NCBI GenBank assembly: GCA_021809545.1
Contig: JAKAYL010000002.1
Coordinates: 78,411 to 142,410, forward strand
Source: Thermoplasmata archaeon
Lineage (GTDB): Archaea > Thermoplasmatota > Thermoplasmata > Lutacidiplasmatales > UBA184
Length of the DNA stretch: 64,000 bases
Reading direction: 5' to 3'
In this document: in pieces, positions 50,785 to 59,400 of the stretch
Layout of the letters: every line of letters begins with the position of its first letter
How positions within the stretch are numbered: position 1 is the stretch's first letter
The notes under the pieces: generated by a model
Seen by the model: the letters and a program-made list of their open reading frames with translations, nothing else
Databases searched by the model: none
Told to the model about the DNA's origin: nothing
Program-made: the position numbers and the translations under genes

Positions 50785-51297
50785 ATGGAAGAAGTGGATT
50801 TCTACCGGCGTCTCTACAAGTACAATCGAAAGGTCCTGGAGAATCTTCTCGGAAGGATGCGCCGGATGTCCTGGAAGGAGGTCATCAAGGACCGGGGCAC
50901 CGGGCTCGGCTCCTTCCGCGACACCTTCGTCCACATGGTGCGGGTCCACGATGCCTGGGTGAACTTCATCGTCCCAGGGAGAGTGTCGGAATTGCCCAAG
51001 CATCGCCCTCCCTTGTCCTCGTATCGCTCCTGGGCGAGTCTTCGGGAGCTCTTCCTTGCCACGTGGAAGCATATCGACAAGTTCCTCGCCCAGCTGAGAC
51101 CCAAGGACCTGCGGAAGGTCGTGCGGGCCCCATGGATGCCGGGACGTTACACACTGGCCGACGTCCTGATGCAGTGCACTTTCGAGGAAGCCCATCATCT
51201 GGGCGAGCTCATCGGCGCCTCGTGGCAGGAGGACAAAGCGCCTCCCCAGATGATGTGGATCCCCATCCTCTACGATCAGAGGGTCCGCGTGTACTAG
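50785..51297 (+). CDS. DinB-family four-helix-bundle protein
   Basis: ATG 50785 lies 22 nt after a TTATTC box. FYRRLYKYNRKVLENLL...RDTFVHMVRVHDAWVNFI...CTFEEAHHLGEL, with the His triad spacing of the DinB superfamily. Confidence 0.8.
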   Translation: MEEVDFYRRLYKYNRKVLENLLGRMRRMSWKEVIKDRGTGLGSFRDTFVHMVRVHDAWVNFIVPGRVSELPKHRPPLSSYRSWASLRELFLATWKHIDKFLAQLRPKDLRKVVRAPWMPGRYTLADVLMQCTFEEAHHLGELIGASWQEDKAPPQMMWIPILYDQRVRVY

Positions 51298-51339
51298 CCT
51301 GACGGATGGCCTGCGGGGCGAGGTCCCCCGCCCCGCGCA

Positions 51340-52641
51340 CTACAACTCGCGGAAGGCCCGATCCAGGTCTGCGATGATGTCCTTGTAGTGCTCGGTTCCG
51401 ATGGAGAGGCGTATCATCCGGTCGTCGATCCCTAGGGCCAACCGCTCCTTCGGGTCGATATCCGAGTGGGTCATCGTGGCGGGATGCTCGGCCAGCGTCT
51501 TCGTGCTGCCAAGGCTGACGGCCAACTTGACGAGCTTCAGGGCGTTCAGGAACTTGAAGGCCTGTTTCTTCCCGCCCCGGATGTAGAAGGTGACCATGGA
51601 GCCCGGCTCCACGCACTGCTTCTCCAAGATCGTACGTTGAGGGTGTCCTTCGGGCAGGAGTCCGGGGTAGCACACAGACTCGACGTGGGGTTCCTTGGCG
51701 AGCCACTCGGCCACGTGCTTGGCGTTCTTCAATTCCGAGGTCATCCGCATCTTGAGGGTGTCCAGGCTGCGGAGGAGCAAGTACCCGTCGAACGGGGAGG
51801 GGACGGTGCCGAGGATCGTGCGGGTGACCTTGACGTGGTCTGCGATGAGTTTCTTGCTTCCCAGGACCGCACCGGCGACCACATCGCTGTGCCCCCCGAT
51901 GAACTTGGTCGCGGAGTAGATCACGAGGTCCGCCCCCAGCTTGGCGGGGTGCTGCCACATGGGTCCAAGGAAGGTGTTGTCCACCGCGAGGTAGATGGGT
52001 TGCTTCCTCCCATGCTGGACTTCGTCGATCGCCCTTCGCGTCTCCGCGATGTCGGTCAGCGTGCATGTAGGATTCGCCGGAGTCTCGAGAAAGACCAGGC
52101 ACGCACCGCGGGTGGAACGCAGAATGCGGTGGAGGGCCGAGCGGATACCCTGGGGATCGATCCCCGCATGGAATGGCTCCGTCCGAATACCCAGGCCCGG
52201 GAGGATGTGGTTGAACAGGTAGTCCGTTCCTCCATAGACCGGAGCGCTGTAAAGCACGGAGCCTCCTGTCTGGACCAGGGAGAGGATCGTGGTGGCGATG
52301 GCCGACATCCCGCTCGAGAAGACCGCACATTGCTCGGTGCCGGGTTCGAAGAGTGTGAGACGCTCCTCGAGGATCTCGAGGTTGGGGTTGTTCAACCGAG
52401 TGTAGATCAGGGGGGAGTGGACCGGGATGCTATCCTCGGTCAGGTGGTAAGCGATCTTGAACGCCCGTTCGCCCTCCTCGGCGGTGGAAAAGACGAAAGT
52501 GGAGGAAAGGAAGATGGGAGGGACCAGGGCTCCTTCGGAGCGTTGCGGGTCGTAGCCGTACGTCGAGACGATGCTCTCGGGACGGGTCTTCTTCCGCAGG
52601 GCCTCCTCGGGAGTACGGACACGCCGATCTCGGTTCTTCAT
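51340..52641 (-). CDS. Cys/Met-metabolism PLP-dependent enzyme (methionine gamma-lyase / cystathionine gamma-synthase family)
   Basis: 433 aa with the PLP-lysine motif YSATKFIGGHSDVVAG and C-terminal SLGSTKTLAEHPATMTHS. Confidence 0.9.
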   Translation of the reverse strand: MKNRDRRVRTPEEALRKKTRPESIVSTYGYDPQRSEGALVPPIFLSSTFVFSTAEEGERAFKIAYHLTEDSIPVHSPLIYTRLNNPNLEILEERLTLFEPGTEQCAVFSSGMSAIATTILSLVQTGGSVLYSAPVYGGTDYLFNHILPGLGIRTEPFHAGIDPQGIRSALHRILRSTRGACLVFLETPANPTCTLTDIAETRRAIDEVQHGRKQPIYLAVDNTFLGPMWQHPAKLGADLVIYSATKFIGGHSDVVAGAVLGSKKLIADHVKVTRTILGTVPSPFDGYLLLRSLDTLKMRMTSELKNAKHVAEWLAKEPHVESVCYPGLLPEGHPQRTILEKQCVEPGSMVTFYIRGGKKQAFKFLNALKLVKLAVSLGSTKTLAEHPATMTHSDIDPKERLALGIDDRMIRLSIGTEHYKDIIADLDRAFREL

Positions 52642-52664
52642 GGAAAGAAACGAGGCGGGTGGAG

Positions 52665-52670
52665 ATATAA
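52665..52670 (-). promoter_or_regulatory. TATA box (TTATAT on minus strand) for the PLP enzyme gene
   Basis: 24 nt upstream of ATG 52641, implying a leaderless or near-leaderless mRNA. Confidence 0.45.
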
Positions 52671-52967
52671 CACCATTAACTCAGATTCGTTACCGCGCTC
52701 AAGACTGGCGATTTTGCCTCTGCCTGGCGACACGGTCCCTGGGACCGGTATCCCGCAGCGGGTTCGCAACCCCCGTCGCAGAGGGGCACCTTTGCCAAGA
52801 ATTGTGGTACGAGTCCTGCGGGGCGAGACGGAATCGGTGACGTTCGTTCCTAACGTCACGCAGTCTGGAGAAGGATAGGACGCCCAAGCCAGGTTGCCGG
52901 GAACCTGCACTTCTCGGAAGGTTCTGCGGGATGACCTGCATCGACGGTAGGTGTGTGCCCGCCACCG

Positions 52968-53699
52968 TTATTGGACGTTCTCTGAATTGCCCGAAGTTGG
53001 GGGAGGTGAAGTCGAGTGAGGTGGCCGTTTCCGAGTGAGAAGGAAGATCACGGCCACCGCAACCATTACCGCCAAGATCACCCCGAAGAGCAGGTAGGAT
53101 GCGGTCAGGGAAGGTGCGCCAGAGGAACCTGAGGGGGCTACGTTGCCCTCCGTGAGGGTTCCCCACATTCCGGCCTGGAAGTGGCCCGGAACGAGGCACA
53201 CGAAATAGTAGGTTCCGGCCCCCGAGGGGAGCTCCGTCGGGGCTGACCGGTTGGTACCCCCGGCGTTCACAGAGAGGCCGACCAGAGTATGATTCGCGAA
53301 GTAAGAGTCCAACTGGCTGGGAGAGACCGTCGAGGCGTGGGCGGTCCAATTCGCAAGGATCGGATCGTTGGGGACATTATCGAGCGCAAAGTTGTGCGGA
53401 AGACCCACGGCCCCCGCCTCTATGACCACAGTCGAGTTGTAGGGCACGGTGAGGGCCGAGGGAATCCAGGTGATGGAAGTGGTGCCGTTCAGGAAGCACT
53501 CGACGGTGGTACCGTTCCCAACGCGGGCCCGGGAAAGGGTGTGGTCGCACGCGGTGGACCCCTGTGGCGAACTCAAGGAAAGCGACGAGGGGCCGTAGAT
53601 CGCACCTAGCGACCCGAGCAGGACGACGGCGGCAAGCAGCGGAAAGACGAGAACTCTGGAGATCCCAGCAGTTCTAGGAAATTGAGGGGGAGGAAACAT
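52968..53699 (-). CDS. membrane-anchored type 1 blue copper protein (cupredoxin; halocyanin/sulfocyanin-like)
   Basis: Signal-like N-terminus, His ligand region GLPHNFAL, C-terminal ligand loop YYFVCLVPGHFQAGMWG (C-x4-H-x4-M), then TM YLLFGVILAVMVAVAVIFLL. Confidence 0.8.
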   Translation of the reverse strand: MFPPPQFPRTAGISRVLVFPLLAAVVLLGSLGAIYGPSSLSLSSPQGSTACDHTLSRARVGNGTTVECFLNGTTSITWIPSALTVPYNSTVVIEAGAVGLPHNFALDNVPNDPILANWTAHASTVSPSQLDSYFANHTLVGLSVNAGGTNRSAPTELPSGAGTYYFVCLVPGHFQAGMWGTLTEGNVAPSGSSGAPSLTASYLLFGVILAVMVAVAVIFLLTRKRPPHSTSPPPTSGNSENVQ

Positions 53700-53743
53700 G
53701 GTCTTCGAGCCATCCTTATCGGAGATTGTATCGCATTCACCCC

Positions 53744-54580
53744 TTATGCTCCTTTTGTCGCTAGAGTTCCTTCAGAGCGCGGCGCCGGACCCATCGCGAG
53801 GTCGTACCTGAGGGAAGGCAGCCCCAACTCCTTCCGGAAGAGATTCACGGATTCGGGTGCGAATCCCTGGAAGTGATTGTTGAAGTACACATACCTTGCG
53901 TGGGTGCGGTCCTCGACCTCCTGCAGCCTCCTGGCCCACTGCCGCATCTCTTGAGTACGGTCCTGCCGGATCTCTCCGTGGGTCTCGGCGGGGATGCTGG
54001 AATGGTCCCCGATGAACCGGAGGTACACGAAATCCGAAGTAAGTTCCGGAGGAATCTCCACATAGGTCAGGTAGGACCAGGCCAAGGCGACTTGACGATC
54101 GCTGAGCCGCTTCCGGAGATCTTCCCAGGGGCTCCCCGAGAACCACTCCGCGGACCGCAGTTCGATGGAATACCGGAAGCGAGGGTCCAGGATCTCGAGG
54201 AGGGAGTCCAAGTACTTCGTAGCTTTCCCGGGACGCACCCAGGGAGGGAACTGGAGGAGCAGGGCTCCGAGCTTCGGTCCCAGTGCTTCGACGTTCTTCA
54301 GGAAAGTGTGGATCTTCTCCGTGTCCAGCGGTTTGCGGATATCCATGAGGTCCCGGGGAAACTTCAGCGTGAAGACGAAGTTCTCGGGGGTCACTGTCCT
54401 CCATCGGTGCAGGAGAAAGGACCCCGGGTCGCGGTAGTAGGAAGAGTCGACCTCAACGGTATCGTAAACCTTGGAATAGAGTGCCAGGCGATCCCCCGGC
54501 CGAATCTCCTTGGGATAGATTCTCCCCCACCAGGCGTCCGAGGTCCAGGAGGAGCAGCCGATCCGGAGCCCAGCGTCCAT
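53744..54580 (-). CDS. DUF72 family protein
   Basis: 278 aa: IGCSSWTSDAWWGRIYP...YDTVEVDSSYY...FVFTLKFP...LLLQFPPW...YLRFIGDH...VYFNNHFQGFAP, the typical DUF72/UPF0759 pattern. Confidence 0.8.
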   Translation of the reverse strand: MDAGLRIGCSSWTSDAWWGRIYPKEIRPGDRLALYSKVYDTVEVDSSYYRDPGSFLLHRWRTVTPENFVFTLKFPRDLMDIRKPLDTEKIHTFLKNVEALGPKLGALLLQFPPWVRPGKATKYLDSLLEILDPRFRYSIELRSAEWFSGSPWEDLRKRLSDRQVALAWSYLTYVEIPPELTSDFVYLRFIGDHSSIPAETHGEIRQDRTQEMRQWARRLQEVEDRTHARYVYFNNHFQGFAPESVNLFRKELGLPSLRYDLAMGPAPRSEGTLATKGA

Positions 54581-54652
54581 GGAGAACAGAGCCTCCTCCG
54601 GGTTATCCTGTTTTCGAAGGTCTAAGGAAGATCGGCAAGCCCGGAATCCTCC

Positions 54653-56311
54653 CTAGATGGGAAGGTTCTTTCCACGGAGGACGAGTACACCGATCGGTAT
54701 GAGCATCAGGCACGCCGTGACCGCCATCCAAGCGATCGGGGGGAGGTAGGGAAGGGAGAGGTAATTGTAGACCGCAAGCGGGGCCGCGGATACAAGCAGG
54801 CCAGGAAGCACGACCAGGGTGGTCCACCACGCCCCGCTGTAGAGGCTCGCGATGGGGACCCCGGTCCGCTTGGCCCGCTCAAGGAGGACCCCGATCTCGA
54901 GGAGGGCCGCCGCCACCACCGCCGGGAGCTCCAGGAGGGCGAAGAGCACGAAGGAAGGGAAGTTGTGGACCTTCGAGGAGACCAAGACCGCGACGACGGC
55001 GAACGCAAGGAGATAGACGATGGCGATGAGGAGGGTCTTGCTCAGGATGAGGGTGCGTTGCGATAGGGGGAGCGTCCGGGTCAGTGAGAACCCGATGATC
55101 TCGGTCGCGAAGAAGACGGGACCGAAGAAGGTGGCCAGGAGCACGGCGACGGTGACCCCGGCGAAAGCGTACCTCTCGGCAAGAACGGGAGCGGGGCTTC
55201 CCAAATAGGTGAAGAGGCCCAGAACGAACGCGTCGAGGAGGGGCAAGAGCAGCAGAAAGGCGTAGGCAGGGGTGCGCGAAGCGATCCGAAGATCCTTCTT
55301 CAGTACCGCGAGCGTCGGGCGGCTCACGACCAGGGGAGCGGAATTCATACTGCGCTCTCCCGAGACGTTGACGACACGGCTGAGCGCGATCGGAGCATCG
55401 AGGAGCCAACGCGCCGAGAGCGCCATAAGCACCAGATAAGCCCCTGCGAGAGCCAGGGGGACGAGGAAGCTGCTGAGCGGATCTCCGGACAGGGCGGCGG
55501 TGGCTGCCGAGAGGTATCCGAAGGGGAAGGGGAACAGTGCGAACACTACGTTGAGGAGGGTTGGGTCACCGTTCTCCCAACTTCCCAGGGCACTGATGAT
55601 CTGGTAGGAGAACGTGATGAAGATCGTGATCACGAGGCTAGGGATCGTCCACAGGATGAGGTAGGCCCACCGCACGGCGAGGCTCCGAAGGCTCCCCCCG
55701 CTGGCCCCGCTCACGCTCCGGGAGAAGAACTTCGCTGTGAGGAGCGAGAGGGAGAGCGCGAAGATCTCGGTGCTCACGACCCCGGGCACGACAGCGAGAC
55801 CCGCCCAGAGCGACCCGATCCCGTACCCGACGGCGATGGGGAAGAAGATCAGCGCGGTCACGAGGGGGGCATCGAAGAGGCGGAGGAAGGCGAGGAACGA
55901 GATCCATGCGGCATCCTCCTCGTCCACCGGGAGGACGAGGAGCGCCGTTGTCGCCTGGGAAGAGACGAAGGGGAGGGCAACCTGCAGCCCGGTAATCCAG
56001 ACGAGCGAGAAGAGCACGACAAGGACCAGGGAGATGATGGCCCCGTCGAAGTAGACCGGGGAAAGGGTCGTCGGGAAGTATCTCCGCCCGGTCGAGAGGG
56101 CGAAGGACGAGGCCAGGAAGGTGAGCATGAAGAGGACGGCCACGGTCATCTTCGACTGGAAGACCCTCCGTTGGGCGCGGGCGGGTCCCTCCTCCCCCCT
56201 CTTTCGCTCGCTGGCGGCGAAGACGTTCCCGCTCTTCAGGGCGTAGATCGCTTGGAAGGTGACTTCCCGGTAGAGGATGTTCGCCGCACGGAACCGCTGC
56301 TTCCAGTCCAT
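54653..56311 (-). CDS. ABC transporter permease (ABC-2-like, ~12+ TM)
   Basis: 552-aa polytopic protein beginning 3 nt after the ATPase gene. No soluble domains. Confidence 0.65.
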   Translation of the reverse strand: MDWKQRFRAANILYREVTFQAIYALKSGNVFAASERKRGEEGPARAQRRVFQSKMTVAVLFMLTFLASSFALSTGRRYFPTTLSPVYFDGAIISLVLVVLFSLVWITGLQVALPFVSSQATTALLVLPVDEEDAAWISFLAFLRLFDAPLVTALIFFPIAVGYGIGSLWAGLAVVPGVVSTEIFALSLSLLTAKFFSRSVSGASGGSLRSLAVRWAYLILWTIPSLVITIFITFSYQIISALGSWENGDPTLLNVVFALFPFPFGYLSAATAALSGDPLSSFLVPLALAGAYLVLMALSARWLLDAPIALSRVVNVSGERSMNSAPLVVSRPTLAVLKKDLRIASRTPAYAFLLLLPLLDAFVLGLFTYLGSPAPVLAERYAFAGVTVAVLLATFFGPVFFATEIIGFSLTRTLPLSQRTLILSKTLLIAIVYLLAFAVVAVLVSSKVHNFPSFVLFALLELPAVVAAALLEIGVLLERAKRTGVPIASLYSGAWWTTLVVLPGLLVSAAPLAVYNYLSLPYLPPIAWMAVTACLMLIPIGVLVLRGKNLPI

Positions 56312-56313
56312 GT

Positions 56314-57087
56314 CTAGGCGGCCTCGAGACGGCTCACGATCTTCGAGAGCTGTTCCCGGTCCGTCGTGAGCTCGAGGAAGATGTCCTCCAGCGAGGCGGA
56401 CGGGAGGCCGACCTGCTGGCGGAGTTCCGTCAGGGTACCCTCCCCCCGCAGGAGCCCGCGGTCCAGCACTCCCACCCGGTGGCAGAGCTTCTCGGCAACT
56501 TCCATCGTGTGCGTGGAAAAGAGGATGGTGCGCTTCCCGTTCTTCACGTAGGCCCCGAGGAGGTCCCGCATGATCCGCACCGAGCGGGGGTCGAGGCTGT
56601 TGAAGGGCTCGTCCAGGATGAGGAGGCGGGGCTGGTGAAGGAGGGCGCTCACCACCAGCACCTTCTGGCGCGTCCCGTTCGAGAGCGTGGAGATTGCCCG
56701 GTCCATCTCCCCGTCGATCTGGAGCGCCAGGGTGAAATCGACCAGACGGTCGTCGAAGCCGCTGAGGCCCCGGACGCTGGCGACGAACTCCAGGTACTCC
56801 CGGGGGGTGAGGGCATCGTAGAGGATGGACACCTCGGGGACGTACCCCGTCACGGACCGGGTAAAGATCCCCTCGGGGACGGGGTCCTTCCCGAAGACCC
56901 GGACCTTCCCCGACGAGGGCACGAGCAGCCCCATCACGGATTTGATGGCGGAGGTCTTGCCCGCGCCGTTGCTCCCGATGAGACCGTAGATCTCACCCTC
57001 CCGGAGCCCGAGATCAAGCTTCTCCACGGCGACGACGTCGCCATAGGTGACGCGCAAACCCTCGATCTGGAGCGGTGCTTCCGACAT
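56314..57087 (-). CDS. ABC transporter ATP-binding protein
   Basis: Walker A GSNGAGKTS, signature LSNGTRQKV, Walker B LLILDEPF, H-loop STHTM. Confidence 0.92.
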   Translation of the reverse strand: MSEAPLQIEGLRVTYGDVVAVEKLDLGLREGEIYGLIGSNGAGKTSAIKSVMGLLVPSSGKVRVFGKDPVPEGIFTRSVTGYVPEVSILYDALTPREYLEFVASVRGLSGFDDRLVDFTLALQIDGEMDRAISTLSNGTRQKVLVVSALLHQPRLLILDEPFNSLDPRSVRIMRDLLGAYVKNGKRTILFSTHTMEVAEKLCHRVGVLDRGLLRGEGTLTELRQQVGLPSASLEDIFLELTTDREQLSKIVSRLEAA

Positions 57088-57167
57088 GTGGCCCCCGGAT
57101 ACCCTGTGGGGATAGAGAGAGCCGCCGTGCTAGTTAATGTATGGTACGGATGAGGGAGAACGACGCC

Positions 57168-57386
57168 TCAGGCCTTCATGACCTTGAGGAAGCCGCCGGA
57201 CTCGTACACCGCGAGCTTGCGCTTCTTGAGGTGCTTCTCGAAGTCCTCCCAGGTGATGAGCTCCACGTGGGCGTTCTTGCCCTTGGTGAACTGGATGCCG
57301 TCGGTCCCCTTCACCAGGCCGGGCTTGAGCCCCTTCTTCTCTGCGATCTTCCGGGCTTCCGAGAACAGGATCTTTTCCATGGCCAT
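57168..57386 (-). CDS. small basic hypothetical protein
   Basis: Start refined to ATG 57386 (MAMEKILF...), 23 nt downstream of a TTATAT box (57409-57414); ATG 57380 is an alternative. Lys-rich 72-aa product, with a visibly lower-GC coding region. Confidence 0.5.
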   Translation of the reverse strand: MAMEKILFSEARKIAEKKGLKPGLVKGTDGIQFTKGKNAHVELITWEDFEKHLKKRKLAVYESGGFLKVMKA

Positions 57387-57408
57387 GACCCGATACAACT
57401 TCGGACAA

Positions 57409-57414
57409 ATATAA
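57409..57414 (-). promoter_or_regulatory. TATA box (TTATAT on minus strand) for the 57386 gene
   Basis: Located between the lysS stop (57418) and the small ORF. It lies too close (11 nt) to the track's TTG 57398 start and is correctly spaced for ATG 57386/57380. Confidence 0.45.
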
Positions 57415-57417
57415 CGG

Positions 57418-58887
57418 CTACTTCGACCGGGTGGGAGGGAAGAGGATCACGTCCTTGATGGATTCCGCACCGAGGAGTATCATCCAGATCCGGTCGAGCC
57501 CGATCCCAAGCCCGCCGGCCGGGGGCATCCCGTACCGCAGGGCCTCCACGTACTCTGCGTCGTAGGCGAAATTCTCGTCGTCCCCCTTGGCCGCCGCCTG
57601 GGCCCGGAAGCGCTGTTCCTGGTCCTCGGGATCATTGAGCTCGCTGTAGGCGTTCGAGAGCTCCATCGAGCGGTAGTAGAGTTCGTGCCGCTCCACCCGC
57701 CCGGGCTTGGACCGGTGGGTCTTGGCGAGCGGAGTGGTCGACGCCGGATGGTCGTAGACGAACGTGGGCTCCACCAGCTTGGGCTCGACATAGTGGGCGA
57801 AGAGCTTCTCCAGGCAGGTTCCCCCGGGGGTCTCGGCCGTGATCTTGGCTCCCACCTCGCGGGCCATGGTGCGCAACCGGTCCACGGGCAGGTCGAGGAT
57901 CCCGGAGATGCCGCTCTCCTTCTCGAGCGCCTCCCCGAAATCGACCCTCGCGAAGGGAGGGGTGAAGGAGCGGACCAGCCCCTCCGTGCGCTCTCCCGGG
58001 AGAAGGTCGCGGGCCTTCCCGGCCAAGTGGTGGAGCAGGCGCTCCACCAGGGCGCGGACATCCTCGTAGTCGGCGAAGGCCCAGTAGAGCTCGAGCTCGG
58101 TGAACTCCGGGGAGTGCATGGAGTCCATGTCCTCGTTCCGGAAGACCTTGCCGATCTCAAAGACCCGTTCGTAGCCCCCGATGAGGAGCCGTTTCAGGGG
58201 AAGCTCGAGCGAGACCCGGAGGCGGAAGTCCTCGTCGAGGTAGTTGTAGTGGGCCTCGAAGGGGCGGGCGGCGGCCCCGGAGGCCACGCGGCCGAGCACT
58301 TGCGTCTCGACCTCGAGGAAGCCCTCCCGGTGAAGCACCGACCGGAGTTCCCGGGTCAGCTCCGAGCGGGCCCAGAAGGTCCGTTGCACCTGGGGCGAGG
58401 TGAAGAGGTCCACGTACCGATGCCGCATCCGGAACTCCGGGTCCTTGACCCCGTGCCATTTCTCGGGGGGAGGGGCGAGCGCTTTGGTGAGGAGATCTAG
58501 GTGCTCGACGAGGAGCGAGGGCTCCCCGGTCTTCGACCGGCTGGCCCACCCCTCGGCGCCTACGATATCCCCGCCGTCTAAGACGGAGGTGACCCGGTCG
58601 TACTCCGCTTCTCCCAGGACGTCGGCCTGAAAGTGGAGCTGGAGGTCCCCGCTCTGGTCCCGAAGGGGAGCGAAGGTGTTCTTTCCCACCTTCCGCAGGA
58701 GGAGGAGACGCCCGGCGACCCGGAACTTCCGTTCCCTGTCGACTCCCTGGGGTGCGAGCTTCCCGGCGGCTTCCCGCACTTGCGAGGAGGGGGAGCGCTC
58801 GCGGTAGGCGTAGGGGTAACGAGGATTTCCCTGCTGGGCCCAGAGCTCCAGCTTGCGCTTCCGTTGGAGGGTCAGTTCGTTGTCCAT
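57418..58887 (-). CDS. lysS: lysyl-tRNA synthetase, class II type
   Basis: N-terminal OB anticodon-binding domain (RVAGRLLLLRKVGKNTFAPLRDQSGDLQL). Class II core with ...RPFEAHYNYLDEDFRLRVSLELPLKRLLIGGYERVFEIGKVFRNEDMDSMHSPEFTELELYWAF... and the motif 3 region GLGIGLDRIWMIL. Confidence 0.9.
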   Translation of the reverse strand: MDNELTLQRKRKLELWAQQGNPRYPYAYRERSPSSQVREAAGKLAPQGVDRERKFRVAGRLLLLRKVGKNTFAPLRDQSGDLQLHFQADVLGEAEYDRVTSVLDGGDIVGAEGWASRSKTGEPSLLVEHLDLLTKALAPPPEKWHGVKDPEFRMRHRYVDLFTSPQVQRTFWARSELTRELRSVLHREGFLEVETQVLGRVASGAAARPFEAHYNYLDEDFRLRVSLELPLKRLLIGGYERVFEIGKVFRNEDMDSMHSPEFTELELYWAFADYEDVRALVERLLHHLAGKARDLLPGERTEGLVRSFTPPFARVDFGEALEKESGISGILDLPVDRLRTMAREVGAKITAETPGGTCLEKLFAHYVEPKLVEPTFVYDHPASTTPLAKTHRSKPGRVERHELYYRSMELSNAYSELNDPEDQEQRFRAQAAAKGDDENFAYDAEYVEALRYGMPPAGGLGIGLDRIWMILLGAESIKDVILFPPTRSK

Positions 58888-58951
58888 GGGTCTAGGGCGT
58901 TAGCCCATAGGGCCGCCCCTTAAAAGGCCATCACGAGCGGAGAGGTGGTGC

Positions 58952-59386
58952 TCAGGCACCCACGGTGAGGTTGCCTCCCTCGCCGCCCCCGCTGCCCCCT
59001 GCTCCCATGCCCCCCCGGCGCTCGAAGTGGGGCACGAGCACGGCCAGGATGATGAAGACCACAAAGGCGAAGACGATCACGACCGCAGCGATGGAGGAGA
59101 AGATGTCCTCGGCTAGCGTGGTGTAGAGCAAGGAGGACCCGACGAAGGGGATCGGCTTCGGCCCGACGATGATGAAGACGACCCACGTCGTGGCGATCAG
59201 GAGTATGCTCGTCAGGGTCTCCGAGACGTTGTAGGGGTAGTTCTCGACCACGTGCCCGTAGCGCGCCGCCAGGTACGCCAGGATCACCATCATGGTGATC
59301 AGGAGGGACCAGAGCAGGAAGACTCCGATCCCGATGTACAGGGCGGCGAAGGCCACGAGGGCGATCATGAAGAGCGTGGTGTCCAT
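58952..59386 (-). CDS. small 4-TM membrane protein with Gly-rich tail
   Basis: 144 aa with four hydrophobic helices and tail RRGGMGAGGSGGGEGGNLTVGA. It starts 15 nt after the AAA+ gene stop. Confidence 0.6.
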   Translation of the reverse strand: MDTTLFMIALVAFAALYIGIGVFLLWSLLITMMVILAYLAARYGHVVENYPYNVSETLTSILLIATTWVVFIIVGPKPIPFVGSSLLYTTLAEDIFSSIAAVVIVFAFVVFIILAVLVPHFERRGGMGAGGSGGGEGGNLTVGA

Positions 59387-59400
59387 TGCCTACGCTCTCC

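Noticed and set aside
52760-52800. T-loop-like GGGTTCGCAACCCCC as a tRNA fragment or pseudogene
   Set aside because: I could not build an acceptor, D or anticodon arm around it, and the T stem itself pairs at only 3 bp.
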